Assembly: GCA_021804655.1 (NCBI GenBank)
Contig: JAJZHE010000001.1
Span: 2,903 to 66,902, forward strand
Length of the DNA stretch: 64,000 bases
From: Acidobacteriota bacterium
GTDB lineage: Bacteria > Acidobacteriota > Terriglobia > Terriglobales > Acidobacteriaceae
Reading direction: 5' to 3'
Shown in pieces: positions 51,507-61,194 of this stretch. The notes under the pieces were generated by a model, which searched no databases, was not told the origin of the DNA, and saw only the letters and a program-made list of their open reading frames with translations. The stretch's first letter is position 1. The number at the start of each line of letters is the position of its first letter. The position numbers were made by a program, and so were the translations under genes.

Positions 51507-52304
51507 CTATTTGCCGGTCCAGCGCGCCGCGCGCTTCTCAAGAAATGCGCGCGTGCCCTCGTGCATATCCGTCGTTGCGCAGCATGCGCCAAAAGCCTCC
51601 GCTTCCACCGTCAGCCCGTCGTCCAGCGAGCCGTCCAGTCCGCGATCGACAGCCTTCAGCGTCTGCGTCACGGCCACCGGAGCATTGACAGCAATCTCCG
51701 TCGCCAGCGCACGCGCGCGCTCTGTCAACATCTCTGCGCTCACCACCTCGTCCACCAGCCCGATGCGCAGCGCTTCCTGCGCGCCGATGATTCCGCCCGT
51801 CAGCAGCATCTTCAACGCAGCTCCGCGCCCCACCAGCCGCGGCAACCGTTGCGTCCCGCCGAAGCCAGCCACCAGACCCAGCTTGACCTCCGGCTGACCC
51901 AGCTTCGCCGTCTCGGCGGCCAGCCGCAGCGTACACGCCATCGCTAGTTCGCAGCCGCCGCCCAGCGCAAAGCCGTCGATCACTGCAATCACCGGCTTGC
52001 CCAACTGCTCCATCCGCCGGAAAACGCGCTGCCCTGCGGCAGAAACTTCTCGTCCACCGTCCGCGTCCAGCTCGGCCAGTTCGCGAATATCCGCGCCTGC
52101 CACAAAAGCTTTTCCGCCTGCGCCACGCAGCAGAATCACGCGCATAGCATCGTCTTCCGCACAGGCCTCCATCACGCGTCCCAGTTCGGCAATGGTCGCC
52201 TGGTTCAATGCATTCAATGCGGCTGGACGGTTGATCGTCACCCAGGCCAGCGGCGCCTGCACATCCACCAGCAGGTTTTCCAGTTGCAAGGATTCCACGT
52301 TCAT
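51507..52304 (-). CDS. Enoyl-CoA hydratase (crotonase family)
   Basis: NRPAALNALN, AFVAGADI, ALGGGCELA, GQPEVKLG, GGTQRLPRLVG. Confidence 0.92.
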   Translation of the reverse strand: MNVESLQLENLLVDVQAPLAWVTINRPAALNALNQATIAELGRVMEACAEDDAMRVILLRGAGGKAFVAGADIRELAELDADGGREVSAAGQRVFRRMEQLGKPVIAVIDGFALGGGCELAMACTLRLAAETAKLGQPEVKLGLVAGFGGTQRLPRLVGRGAALKMLLTGGIIGAQEALRIGLVDEVVSAEMLTERARALATEIAVNAPVAVTQTLKAVDRGLDGSLDDGLTVEAEAFGACCATTDMHEGTRAFLEKRAARWTGK

Positions 52305-52313
52305 GGCGACTCC

Positions 52314-52739
52314 TTAAATCCGTCCGATCAACTCGCGGGCCAGCGCATCCAGCACTCCGTTCAAAAAACCCACGGATTCGGTTCCGGAATAACGACGTGC
52401 AATCTCCAGCGCCTCATTGATCACAATGGGAAACGGCGTCGAGCGATACGCCAGCATCTCTGCCACTGCCACGCGCAGCACATTTCTGTCCACTGCCGGC
52501 ATGCGTTCCAGGCGCCAGTTGCGCGCATGCGCTTCGATCAGCCGGTCAATCTCCTCGGCATGCAGCGTTGCAGCTCGGTAGAGATCCTCGGCAAATCCGC
52601 GCGTCTCGATCTCCGATTCTTCACGCGCCATCCAGAAGGTCTTGCGAACCTCATCCGGCGTCTGCTTGCCCATCTCGCCCTGAAACAGCATCTGCATCGC
52701 CATCTCGCGGCCTTTTCTGCGTCCTGTCGCTGTCGTCAT
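52314..52739 (-). CDS. nusB: Transcription antitermination factor NusB
   Basis: RRKGREMAMQMLF, WRLERM..VDR.VLR, INEALEIA, FLNGVLD; follows ribH. Confidence 0.95.
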   Translation of the reverse strand: MTTATGRRKGREMAMQMLFQGEMGKQTPDEVRKTFWMAREESEIETRGFAEDLYRAATLHAEEIDRLIEAHARNWRLERMPAVDRNVLRVAVAEMLAYRSTPFPIVINEALEIARRYSGTESVGFLNGVLDALARELIGRI

Positions 52740-53614
52740 GCGCCCTCGCTCAGCTTCCGTCGCAGTGAAACCATCTCGATCGCCGCCACTGCTGCTTCAA
52801 ATCCCTTGTTTCCCGCTTTGATCCCAGCGCGATGCAGCGCTTGCTCCAGCGTCTCGCAGGTCAGCACGCCAAACGCATGCGGCACGCCCGTTTCCTGCTG
52901 GCTTTGGCCAATTCCACGCGCAACTTCGTTGTAGATCGCCTCATAATGTGCCGTCTCGCCACGCAGCAGGCATCCCAGTGCAATCACCGCGTCCACTGCC
53001 TTTTCAGCTCCGGCGGGTTGCTCGGCCAGCATCCTTGCCGCAGCCGGAACTTCCCATGCACCCGGTACGCGCACAATCTGCACATGCCTGCGACTGGCTC
53101 CACTGCGCAGCAGCGCATCCAGCGCACCCTCCAGCAGCCGATCGGTAATCACTGCATTCCAGCGCGCCACCACGATGGCAAAACGCATTCCCGCCGCGCT
53201 CAGATCACCTTCCACAGCAAGCGGCTTGCCGCGCAGAGGATCGCTCCACTCCCAGAAGCTGTATCGTTCGCCTGCTAACGGTTCCACATGAAAGATCCGC
53301 GACTTCCAGTGCGTCTCTTCAATTTCTGTCAGCGCAATCGCTGCGGCGTTCAGCCCAGCACCTGCGGCCCATTGCAAAACACTTTGGCGCACAGCATCCA
53401 ATTGCTTGACTTCAATCAACACTGCCGCCGTCGAGGGCAGTGCGCCATGCACAATCTCAAGATTGCCGAGCGGCGCCAGAAACGGTGCGCCTTTGCTGTC
53501 GCTCTCGCTCCAGCCGCGGCCTGGTTCAAAGCCCAGTGCCATAAAAAAACCTGCAAGCTGCTCAAACTCTGCCGCTGACTTCGTCGCGCGCAGCACTGTG
53601 ACGCCCTTGATCAT
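52736..53614 (-). CDS. ribH: 6,7-dimethyl-8-ribityllumazine synthase with an extra N-terminal VOC-like domain
   Basis: VVARWN, VPGAWEVP, LRGETAHY, FGVLT, RAG..GNKG. Confidence 0.92.
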   Translation of the reverse strand: MIKGVTVLRATKSAAEFEQLAGFFMALGFEPGRGWSESDSKGAPFLAPLGNLEIVHGALPSTAAVLIEVKQLDAVRQSVLQWAAGAGLNAAAIALTEIEETHWKSRIFHVEPLAGERYSFWEWSDPLRGKPLAVEGDLSAAGMRFAIVVARWNAVITDRLLEGALDALLRSGASRRHVQIVRVPGAWEVPAAARMLAEQPAGAEKAVDAVIALGCLLRGETAHYEAIYNEVARGIGQSQQETGVPHAFGVLTCETLEQALHRAGIKAGNKGFEAAVAAIEMVSLRRKLSEGA

Positions 53615-53695
53615 GTTCTTGATTCTACCGTGCGAGGCTTCGCGCTCCGTGCACAGTTTGTCCCTTCGCAATCTTCATCGGAACGCTGCACCAAA

Positions 53696-53725
53696 CAGCC
53701 CGCGCTGGTGATCCAGCGCGGGCTG
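53696..53725 (-). terminator. Intrinsic terminator of the lipoprotein gene
   Basis: cagcccgcgctgg-tgat-ccagcgcgggctg, 13-bp perfect stem, short T-run on minus strand. Confidence 0.75.
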
Positions 53726-53756
53726 CCCATCCTGCTTCGTACTGCCGCCGCGTCGA

Positions 53757-56060
53757 TTAGGTCGTTGGCCTTGGCTTCACGGCCAGCAGTGTAGCCGGTA
53801 CGATATTTCCGTTTGCATCCACCAGTCCAGGCGTAATTTGCTTGGTGTCCTGCAAGGTGGACATATTGATGTAATGCACGGCATTGTCCCCGGCCGTCGA
53901 AACGAAGAACAGCGTGTTGTCCAGGCTGAAAATTCCTGCTATCGGCGCGGTCGCGCCACCGGCCAGCGCAACCGATCCCACTTTGCCCAAGGATCCATTT
54001 GGATTTGGCTGATAGTAGGGCAGGATGGCGCTTGTTGCCCCATTCACCGCATCATAGGTGACGAATGAGAGATTCGTTGCCGGCGACGGAACCACGCCGG
54101 TAATGGAGCTTGCCTGGAAAGGCATGGCTGCCTGCTTGAACGGTGTCGCAATCGTGATCCCCGTCTCCGTCGCTGGACAGGCTCCGGAGACCAGGCTCGA
54201 ACTGAGATTCACGTTGATATCGGTCAACGTTGGCGTGGTGCCACCGTTCAGTCCAACTCCAATGATGTGTGCGCCGTCGTTGGTTGCTGCCAACTGATCC
54301 GTCTCCACATTCACCTGTGCCGCCTGCGGATACGCCTGTCCCTGAGGATAGCCCGAGGAGGGTGTCAGATTCGGGCACCACGCGTGAGCCAGTGTTGGAT
54401 AGCCACTCAGGAAAGCGCCAACGCTTGGAACTGTGATGGCCAGGCTTTGCGACGGCGTCGTTTGATTCAATGGATAAGTCGTCCAACCGGTGTTCACGTT
54501 ATAGACGAACAGGGTCGGAGTCCCCGCTCCATTTGTGGAGTAGTCCGTTCCAACGACATAGAGGGTCTTAGCATCCGGCGTCCAGTAAGCTGAGTTGCCC
54601 ACGCCGGCAAAGGTCGTGGAGTGGCCTCCACTTACCGTGTACAGATAAAAGAGCTTGCGGACAGGATCACTGATCAGCACCTGCTGATCATCCGGGGATA
54701 CGGCCAGCACCACGCCCTGAACGGACGGATCTTCTTTGGTCAAAGCGTTGGTCGTCGTACTGTAGACCATCAATTCGTGCGTTGAACCAAAGAACAGATT
54801 GTTGCCATCCCGGTCCATCACCATCGAATTCGGGAAGTAAGGCAGCTTCACCGTCGATCCCAGTGTTCCGGTCAGCAGTTCGACGGGCACAAAGTACTGC
54901 GACTGCGGACTTGCCAGCCAGATGAAGGTGCTTGCAATTCCCGGTGTAGTAATTGTCACCGGGTTGCTGGTGATTGGAGTTCCTGTCTGATTCAGGCCAA
55001 TCACGTCAATCGGAGCCGTATTGCAAGTGGTCGGCTGACAGACGGCATAGATATCCGCTTGTCCGGCAAAGTTGGCCGTGACCGCGCCACCTGAACCTGC
55101 CGAGATATTCAGCGGATTGGTGGATTGATAATCCAGCGACAAACCCGTCAGCGTGTTGCCCTTGGTGTCGTAGACCGTCGTCACCAGGTTCTGCGTCACA
55201 CCCTGCGTCACCGTGCCGCTCGTCTGTCCGTTCAGCGTAATGTTGATCGAAGCCGGCGGACATGTCGAGAACTCGCCGGCAGACGACCCTGAGCCGGCGA
55301 CGGAGGCTGTGATGTACGTCGTTCCAGGCTGTTGCGCGGTAATCACACCAAATTCGTCGATGGTTGCAATCGTCGGATTCTGCGAGGCGTAGGTCAGGTT
55401 TCCAATCGCCTGCGAACAAGCCGGAACGGTTTGGGAGTTCGGGCCGCATAGTTGGGTCTGCGCACCGTTCAGGCTGTAGTAGGCCTGCGAATTCAGTTGC
55501 GCAGTCTGCGTCTGCGACAGACATCCGTTGATTGTCGTCGTCGTTCCCTGTTGTTCCAGCACAAGTGAGACAGATGTAACCTGCGCATGTACCCACACCG
55601 TCACCGTATTCGAAGCCACGGATTCTGCTGTCGCCGTCACCGTGACCGATCCATACGGAAGCCCATTGGTTGTCGGTGCGGGGGTCGGGTAGTTGCAGAT
55701 CGTAAAGTCTGGAATGCCGCCGCCGGTGCGTCGATTCCAGGTACCCGCGCACAGGTTTCCTGAGGGGGATATGTCGAGAAGCTGGTTGTTGGAAGTCCCG
55801 TACGTGAAACCAGTCACACTCGCCTTCGCACCCTTGCAGGTGTAGGCCGTGGGAGTGGGCAACTGTTGCGTCTGCCCAAAGGCCAGCGAGATACCCGTTG
55901 TCCTTGGCTCAAGGTCAATTGACGCAACTTGCGTCAGCTTCAGTCCGAAACCTTCACCATTACAATATGCTGCCTGGGGATTGCGAGAGCAACTCGTCAG
56001 AACCATGCCAGCAGGGAGTGTCAGGCACATCAGAAAAACTAGCGTCAGAAACCGCCGCAT
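53757..56060 (-). CDS. Cys-rich lipoprotein with Ig-like (Big_2-type) domains and probable C-terminal beta-propeller
   Basis: Lipobox LTSC; SQNPTIATIDEFGVITAQQPGTTYITAS; LAVSPD / WTPDAKTLYV blades. Confidence 0.75.
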   Translation of the reverse strand: MRRFLTLVFLMCLTLPAGMVLTSCSRNPQAAYCNGEGFGLKLTQVASIDLEPRTTGISLAFGQTQQLPTPTAYTCKGAKASVTGFTYGTSNNQLLDISPSGNLCAGTWNRRTGGGIPDFTICNYPTPAPTTNGLPYGSVTVTATAESVASNTVTVWVHAQVTSVSLVLEQQGTTTTINGCLSQTQTAQLNSQAYYSLNGAQTQLCGPNSQTVPACSQAIGNLTYASQNPTIATIDEFGVITAQQPGTTYITASVAGSGSSAGEFSTCPPASINITLNGQTSGTVTQGVTQNLVTTVYDTKGNTLTGLSLDYQSTNPLNISAGSGGAVTANFAGQADIYAVCQPTTCNTAPIDVIGLNQTGTPITSNPVTITTPGIASTFIWLASPQSQYFVPVELLTGTLGSTVKLPYFPNSMVMDRDGNNLFFGSTHELMVYSTTTNALTKEDPSVQGVVLAVSPDDQQVLISDPVRKLFYLYTVSGGHSTTFAGVGNSAYWTPDAKTLYVVGTDYSTNGAGTPTLFVYNVNTGWTTYPLNQTTPSQSLAITVPSVGAFLSGYPTLAHAWCPNLTPSSGYPQGQAYPQAAQVNVETDQLAATNDGAHIIGVGLNGGTTPTLTDINVNLSSSLVSGACPATETGITIATPFKQAAMPFQASSITGVVPSPATNLSFVTYDAVNGATSAILPYYQPNPNGSLGKVGSVALAGGATAPIAGIFSLDNTLFFVSTAGDNAVHYINMSTLQDTKQITPGLVDANGNIVPATLLAVKPRPTT

Positions 56061-56304
56061 GCATCCTCCCCGTTCCGTGCGCGCAGCACAAAACGGTCAA
56101 CATCTGAACGTTTGGATTCCTGTCTGGACTCCGTAAACCAAGTGTAACAGGCAGGGCCACATTCCATGTTGGTCTCCTGCCCGCCGCCGACTCTACCTTA
56201 TTTGCGAGCTTCTCTGATGGACGCATCGGTCCGACAAATGAAAGCATCGCTCAATCATGCGGAGCCGCCGGTTATGCCTCTCCGCATGATTGCTTCCGTG
56301 AGTG

Positions 56305-58449
56305 TTAAGACGCAGGCATATACTTCGCAAACCATGCTGCCGCTCGAACCAGTACATCCAGACGATGCTCTGGATTGACAAAGCCATGGCCTTCGTTGGG
56401 ATACACGACCAGTTGCGTCGTCACATGTTCGTCGCGCAGCGCATGCCAGAACTCGAACGACTGAGGCGCAGGGCACTCCCCGTCGCGGTCGCCCACCACC
56501 ACCAGCGTCGGCGTCTTCACGTTTTTGATGTAGTTGATCGCCGAGCTTTTCGCATACACCGCCGGATCGTCATAGACGCTCGCGCCAAAGTACGGAATCA
56601 TCCACTGGTCGATCGAATTTTCCCCGTAGTAGCTCTGCCAGTTTGACAGTCCGGCCCCGGCCACCGCCGCGCGGAATCGCGTCGTCTGGGTCACGGCAAA
56701 CATCGTCATGAACCCGCCATAGCTCCAGCCCGTAATGCCCACGCGGTTTCCATCCACCGGATAGCGCGCAATCACCGTGTCCACGCCCTTCAAAATGTCG
56801 CGCAGGTCGCCGTAGCCGAAGTCCTTCCGATTGGCCGCCGCAAACGACTCGCCCTGACCATAACTACCCCGCGGATTCGGCTCCAGTACAAAGTACCCAA
56901 GCGCGGAAAAACTCGCCGCATTCAGGCTGCCGCCCACGCCCCAGCGCGACATCGTCGCCGCCGCAGGTCCGCCATGCACCAGCACGATCATCGGATACTT
57001 TGTCGCTGTCCCAGGATGCGCCGGATCGAATCCCTTCGGCATGTGCAGCCATCCCTGCACGTGGAATCCTTCGTTCGTCCAGCTCACGGAGACAGTCTTG
57101 CCCCAAAGTGCGCCTGCCTCTTCAGCCACGCCATCATTGGCGTGCGTCAACTGCGTCAGCGCGGCAAATCCCATCCCCATCGTGCCCATTGTTCGCGCGA
57201 GATAAACCTCCGGCGGATGCGCAAACGAACTCGCCGTGAAGACGAACGCCTTGTCGTTGTGCGCTGCGGAGATGCTCAGGTGCAGTCGCCCATCGCCTAC
57301 GCTGCCCGCCAGCGCATAGACCGGCGCGCTGAAGCTCGTTGCTACACCGCCTGACGCCGCGTCACCGGTGAGCGTCATCTTCACCAGCTCGCTTTGGCCG
57401 CCGCGCAGCTCGCTCACAAACATGGTGTGGTCGTTGGCCCAGGTTATCCACGCCGGCGTTGCCGTCCGCCCCGGTGTCAGGTCTACCGCGCCTGCTTCTG
57501 CCTGAGCACCGGACGACGCCACCATCCACACATCGCCGCCCGTCGAACCCTGATCGCTCATCAGTCCGCCGATGAACGCAATCTCCTTGCCATCCGGCGA
57601 CCAGCGCGGCACGGCAATCTGCAACCCGTGCATCGCACCTGTGGTCTTCGTCGGATTGAAGACCACCTTCGGCTCGCCGCCCAGCGGCTGCACATACAGA
57701 TTCGCCACCCACCAGTTATCCTCGCCCGGTGGGTTTGCCGCCGTATACGCCAGCTTCTTTGAGTCAGGCGACCAGTCGTACTCATACACATGCAGCGAGG
57801 CCGGTGTGGCAAATTCAGGCTTCATCGGCTTCAGCGCCCGAGCATCCACCGTCGCCAGGCGCTGCACTTCAATGCCATCCTCGCCAATCACGCCCGACCA
57901 CGGCTTCATCGCCGCCAGCGCGCCCGCTGCTCGCGTCGCGCCCTCCACATACAGAAATGCGATCCGATCTCCGTCCGGGGAATACGTCGGGTAACCAACC
58001 TCACCCTTTGCCGCGGAAACCTGCGCGACCGTTGCCTTTGCATGGCCGTTGGCTTCATCGCCGCTCAGCGTTGCCACAAAGACATCCTGCTGTGCGTGTC
58101 CATCGGAGGCGCAATCGCTCAGGAACGCGACGTGTTTTGAATCGGGCGCCCAGGCCACTCGACCCTCGCCGCAACGCTCTTTGTCGTCCGTCCGCGCCGT
58201 CACTGCCAGCGTCTTTGCCGGATCGCCAATCGGCGCGACGAGCACACGTGAGCCTGTCTCACTCCAACCTGAATAGGCAACCAGATTGCCGTCCGGCGAA
58301 ATCGCCGCCGAGCCAAAGCCATGCGACTTCTGTGCGGCTTTCTCCAGCGCCATCACCTGAGATTTCACATCGTTTTGTGCGCTCTGTGACCACGCGCTCC
58401 ACGCCGTCGCCACCAGCGCCAGCCCTGTCAGAATCTTTCCTGCCTTCAT
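56305..58449 (-). CDS. S9 family (prolyl oligopeptidase/acylaminoacyl) peptidase, exported
   Basis: WSPD propeller repeats, VHGGP, GWSYGG, GDRD, EGHG catalytic triad. Confidence 0.92.
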   Translation of the reverse strand: MKAGKILTGLALVATAWSAWSQSAQNDVKSQVMALEKAAQKSHGFGSAAISPDGNLVAYSGWSETGSRVLVAPIGDPAKTLAVTARTDDKERCGEGRVAWAPDSKHVAFLSDCASDGHAQQDVFVATLSGDEANGHAKATVAQVSAAKGEVGYPTYSPDGDRIAFLYVEGATRAAGALAAMKPWSGVIGEDGIEVQRLATVDARALKPMKPEFATPASLHVYEYDWSPDSKKLAYTAANPPGEDNWWVANLYVQPLGGEPKVVFNPTKTTGAMHGLQIAVPRWSPDGKEIAFIGGLMSDQGSTGGDVWMVASSGAQAEAGAVDLTPGRTATPAWITWANDHTMFVSELRGGQSELVKMTLTGDAASGGVATSFSAPVYALAGSVGDGRLHLSISAAHNDKAFVFTASSFAHPPEVYLARTMGTMGMGFAALTQLTHANDGVAEEAGALWGKTVSVSWTNEGFHVQGWLHMPKGFDPAHPGTATKYPMIVLVHGGPAAATMSRWGVGGSLNAASFSALGYFVLEPNPRGSYGQGESFAAANRKDFGYGDLRDILKGVDTVIARYPVDGNRVGITGWSYGGFMTMFAVTQTTRFRAAVAGAGLSNWQSYYGENSIDQWMIPYFGASVYDDPAVYAKSSAINYIKNVKTPTLVVVGDRDGECPAPQSFEFWHALRDEHVTTQLVVYPNEGHGFVNPEHRLDVLVRAAAWFAKYMPAS

Positions 58450-58497
58450 CATTCCCCTCGCTTTGGACAAAGAAATATCAAACTTCCATTTTCCCGC

Positions 58498-59316
58498 TCA
58501 CACCCCTGCTGCCGCCGCATGAATCGCCAGCAACCGCTCCAGCAAAGGTTTCAACAGCTTCAGATCCAGAGCATTCGCGCCATCGGACCTGGCCTGCGCC
58601 GGGTTATCGTGAACCTCCAGAAACAGTCCATCCACGCCAGCCGCCACCGCCGCTCGCGCCAGCAACGGAATAAACTCGGGCTGTCCGCCGCTCACTCCAT
58701 TGGCAGCAGAGGGTTGCTGCACCGAGTGCGTCCCGTCAAAGACCACCGGTGCCATTCCACGCATCACCGCCAACGACCGCATATCCACCACCAGCGTGTT
58801 ATAGCCAAAGCTCGCGCCACGCTCCGTCAGGAAGACGCGTTCATTCCCCGTCGAGCGCGCCTTTTCCACCGAGTACTTCATATCCCACGGAGCGACAAAC
58901 TGGCCTTTTTTGATGTTGACAGCGCGTCCAGTTTTTGCCGCGGCCACCACCAGGTCCGTCTGCCGGCACAGGAACGCTGGAATCTGCAGGATATCCGCCG
59001 CCTCGGCCACCGCCTCGCACTGGGACGCTTCATGCACATCGGTCAGCACCGGCAGTCCCGTAGCGCGCGCAATTCCGCCCAGAATGCGTACCCCCTCACT
59101 CAATCCCGGTCCGCGAAAGCTCGTAACACTTGTCCGGTTCGCCTTGTCAAAGCTTGCCTTGAAGACATAAGGCATGCCCAGATCGCTGGTGATCCGCTGA
59201 ATCGCATCGGCCATCCCGCGCGCATGCCCTTCGCTTTCGATTACGCACGGACCGGCGATCAGAAACAGCTTTCCGCCGCCCACCCGCGCCGGTCCCACAT
59301 CAAAACTCTGCGTCAT
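58498..59316 (-). CDS. kdsA: KDO8P synthase
   Basis: [49 protein letters not shown]. Confidence 0.97.
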   Translation of the reverse strand: MTQSFDVGPARVGGGKLFLIAGPCVIESEGHARGMADAIQRITSDLGMPYVFKASFDKANRTSVTSFRGPGLSEGVRILGGIARATGLPVLTDVHEASQCEAVAEAADILQIPAFLCRQTDLVVAAAKTGRAVNIKKGQFVAPWDMKYSVEKARSTGNERVFLTERGASFGYNTLVVDMRSLAVMRGMAPVVFDGTHSVQQPSAANGVSGGQPEFIPLLARAAVAAGVDGLFLEVHDNPAQARSDGANALDLKLLKPLLERLLAIHAAAAGV

Positions 59317-59350
59317 TCAGCATCCTTACCCTGCGCTCGCGCGCTTCCGT

Positions 59351-61051
59351 TCATACGCCCACGGGAAACGGCTTCGGACTCGACTCGTCGGGATTCGCCA
59401 TCGTCCCGCTTCGCCAGCGTTCAAACCGTCCCTGCAACAGACTCATCAGCCCGGTATACCAGTACCCCACCACAAACAGAATCAGAAATGGCGCGGTAAA
59501 AAAATTGTTGTTCGTAAAGGTATACGCGATCGCCAGTGCGAAATATGTGCCCACGGCAAGCTCGATCCACGGCGCCCACACCAGCCGCTTGCGGTACTTT
59601 GCAGCCTTGGGCTTCTCGCCTTTTTTTGCTACCGAATACTTCGGCGTTCGCGCAAACGCGCTTTTGATGCCCAGCAGCGCCTCCATCACGGCTTTCGTAT
59701 TTGTAATCGTCAGCCCGATGCCCAGCGCCATCAGAATCGGCAGATAGAGAAACGTCTTCTTCCACGTCCTCGGATACAGCTCGCGCTGGCTGACCACGTA
59801 AAAGATTGCAATCGAAAGCGTCGAGGCGGCAAACAGCGGCACGTCGATCAGCAGCATCTGGAGCCATCCCTGATAAAACCGCACAATCATCGCCGGAATC
59901 AGCAGCGCCGTCATCAGCACCATCAGCGGATAACTCAGGTTTGCCGTCAGGTGATACACAGCCTCGATTTTGATCTGTCGCGGCACGTCGGAGCGAAACA
60001 TCTTCGGCAGAATCTTGATCGAGGTCTGGATCAATCCCTTCGCCCATCGCGCCTGCTGCGTTTTGAAGGCCACCATCTCGATCGGCAACTCCGCCGGGCA
60101 CTCCACCTCGGGCAGATATTTGAACTTCCAGCCCGCCATCTGCGACCGGTAGCTCAGGTCCGTATCCTCGGTCAGCGTGTCGTGCTGCCATCCGCCCGCA
60201 TCACTGATCGCCTCCCTGCGCCACATGCCCGCCGTGCCGTTGAAGTTGAAGAAATCGCCGCTGCGCGCGCGCGCTCCGTGCTCCAGCACAAAGTGCCCAT
60301 CCAGCAGGATCGCCTCGATCTTCGTCAGCAGGTTGTAATCCCTGTTCAGGTGCGTCCACCGTGTCTGCACCATCCCGATCTTTTCATCTGTAAAGTGGTG
60401 CACCACCTTCAGCAGCCAGTCCTTTGGCGGCACAAAATCCGCATCGAAGATCGCGATCAGGTTGCCTTTGGCCACCTTGAGTCCGGCGTCCAGCGCTCCC
60501 GCCTTGAAGCCGTGCCGGTTGGTGCGGTGAATATAGTGCACCGGTTCGCCTGCCGCTGCATAGCGCGCCACAATCGCCGCCGCCACCTGCTGCGTCTCGT
60601 CTGTCGAGTCGTCCAGCAGTTGAATCTCCAGCTTCTCGCGTGGATACTCCAGTGCGCAGATTGCCTCCAGCAGACGATCGATTACAAACTGCTCGTTGAA
60701 GATCGGCAACTGCACGGTCACCATGGGTAGTTCGTCAAAGTGCCCTTTAGGTTCCGGATGATAGTTCTTCTTGTACTTGAAGTACAGATAGGCCATCTTG
60801 TAGCGATGAAGACCATAGACGGACAACATCAGCATCACCGCGAAATACGGCAGCATCAGCGAAGCATCGAACCAGTTCCACTCATACAACCCGCGAAAGG
60901 TCTGGTCCGCATACTGCATCTTCAGGTAATGAACCAGCCCCGTCTGCGGCGCAAAGACAGTCAACAGACTCAGCCGCTGCGGCAGCCGAGCGGTCATTCC
61001 AGTCCACCCCGCCGCGCTCAGATTGAAACTCGAATTTAGGACGCTCAGCAA
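59351..61051 (-). CDS. Processive GT2 glycosyltransferase (cellulose synthase-like, CslA/CslC-like)
   Basis: QLPIFNE, DDSTD, GFKAGAL, FDADF, FNGTAG, TEDTD, QQARW, multiple TMs; GGAGG SD before TTG. Confidence 0.9.
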   Translation of the reverse strand: MLSVLNSSFNLSAAGWTGMTARLPQRLSLLTVFAPQTGLVHYLKMQYADQTFRGLYEWNWFDASLMLPYFAVMLMLSVYGLHRYKMAYLYFKYKKNYHPEPKGHFDELPMVTVQLPIFNEQFVIDRLLEAICALEYPREKLEIQLLDDSTDETQQVAAAIVARYAAAGEPVHYIHRTNRHGFKAGALDAGLKVAKGNLIAIFDADFVPPKDWLLKVVHHFTDEKIGMVQTRWTHLNRDYNLLTKIEAILLDGHFVLEHGARARSGDFFNFNGTAGMWRREAISDAGGWQHDTLTEDTDLSYRSQMAGWKFKYLPEVECPAELPIEMVAFKTQQARWAKGLIQTSIKILPKMFRSDVPRQIKIEAVYHLTANLSYPLMVLMTALLIPAMIVRFYQGWLQMLLIDVPLFAASTLSIAIFYVVSQRELYPRTWKKTFLYLPILMALGIGLTITNTKAVMEALLGIKSAFARTPKYSVAKKGEKPKAAKYRKRLVWAPWIELAVGTYFALAIAYTFTNNNFFTAPFLILFVVGYWYTGLMSLLQGRFERWRSGTMANPDESSPKPFPVGV

Positions 61052-61194
61052 ATTGCTGCCTCCACGGTCTGCTCCACTCCTGATTTCAAAGTGATTGTAA
61101 GCGATGGCCGCCCCTCTGCGGCGACTTCCTTGCTCGCCCTTGCTGCGCTGGAGTATCGTTCTCTCGTCAACACGCTGCTGCGCAGAGGTGCTTC

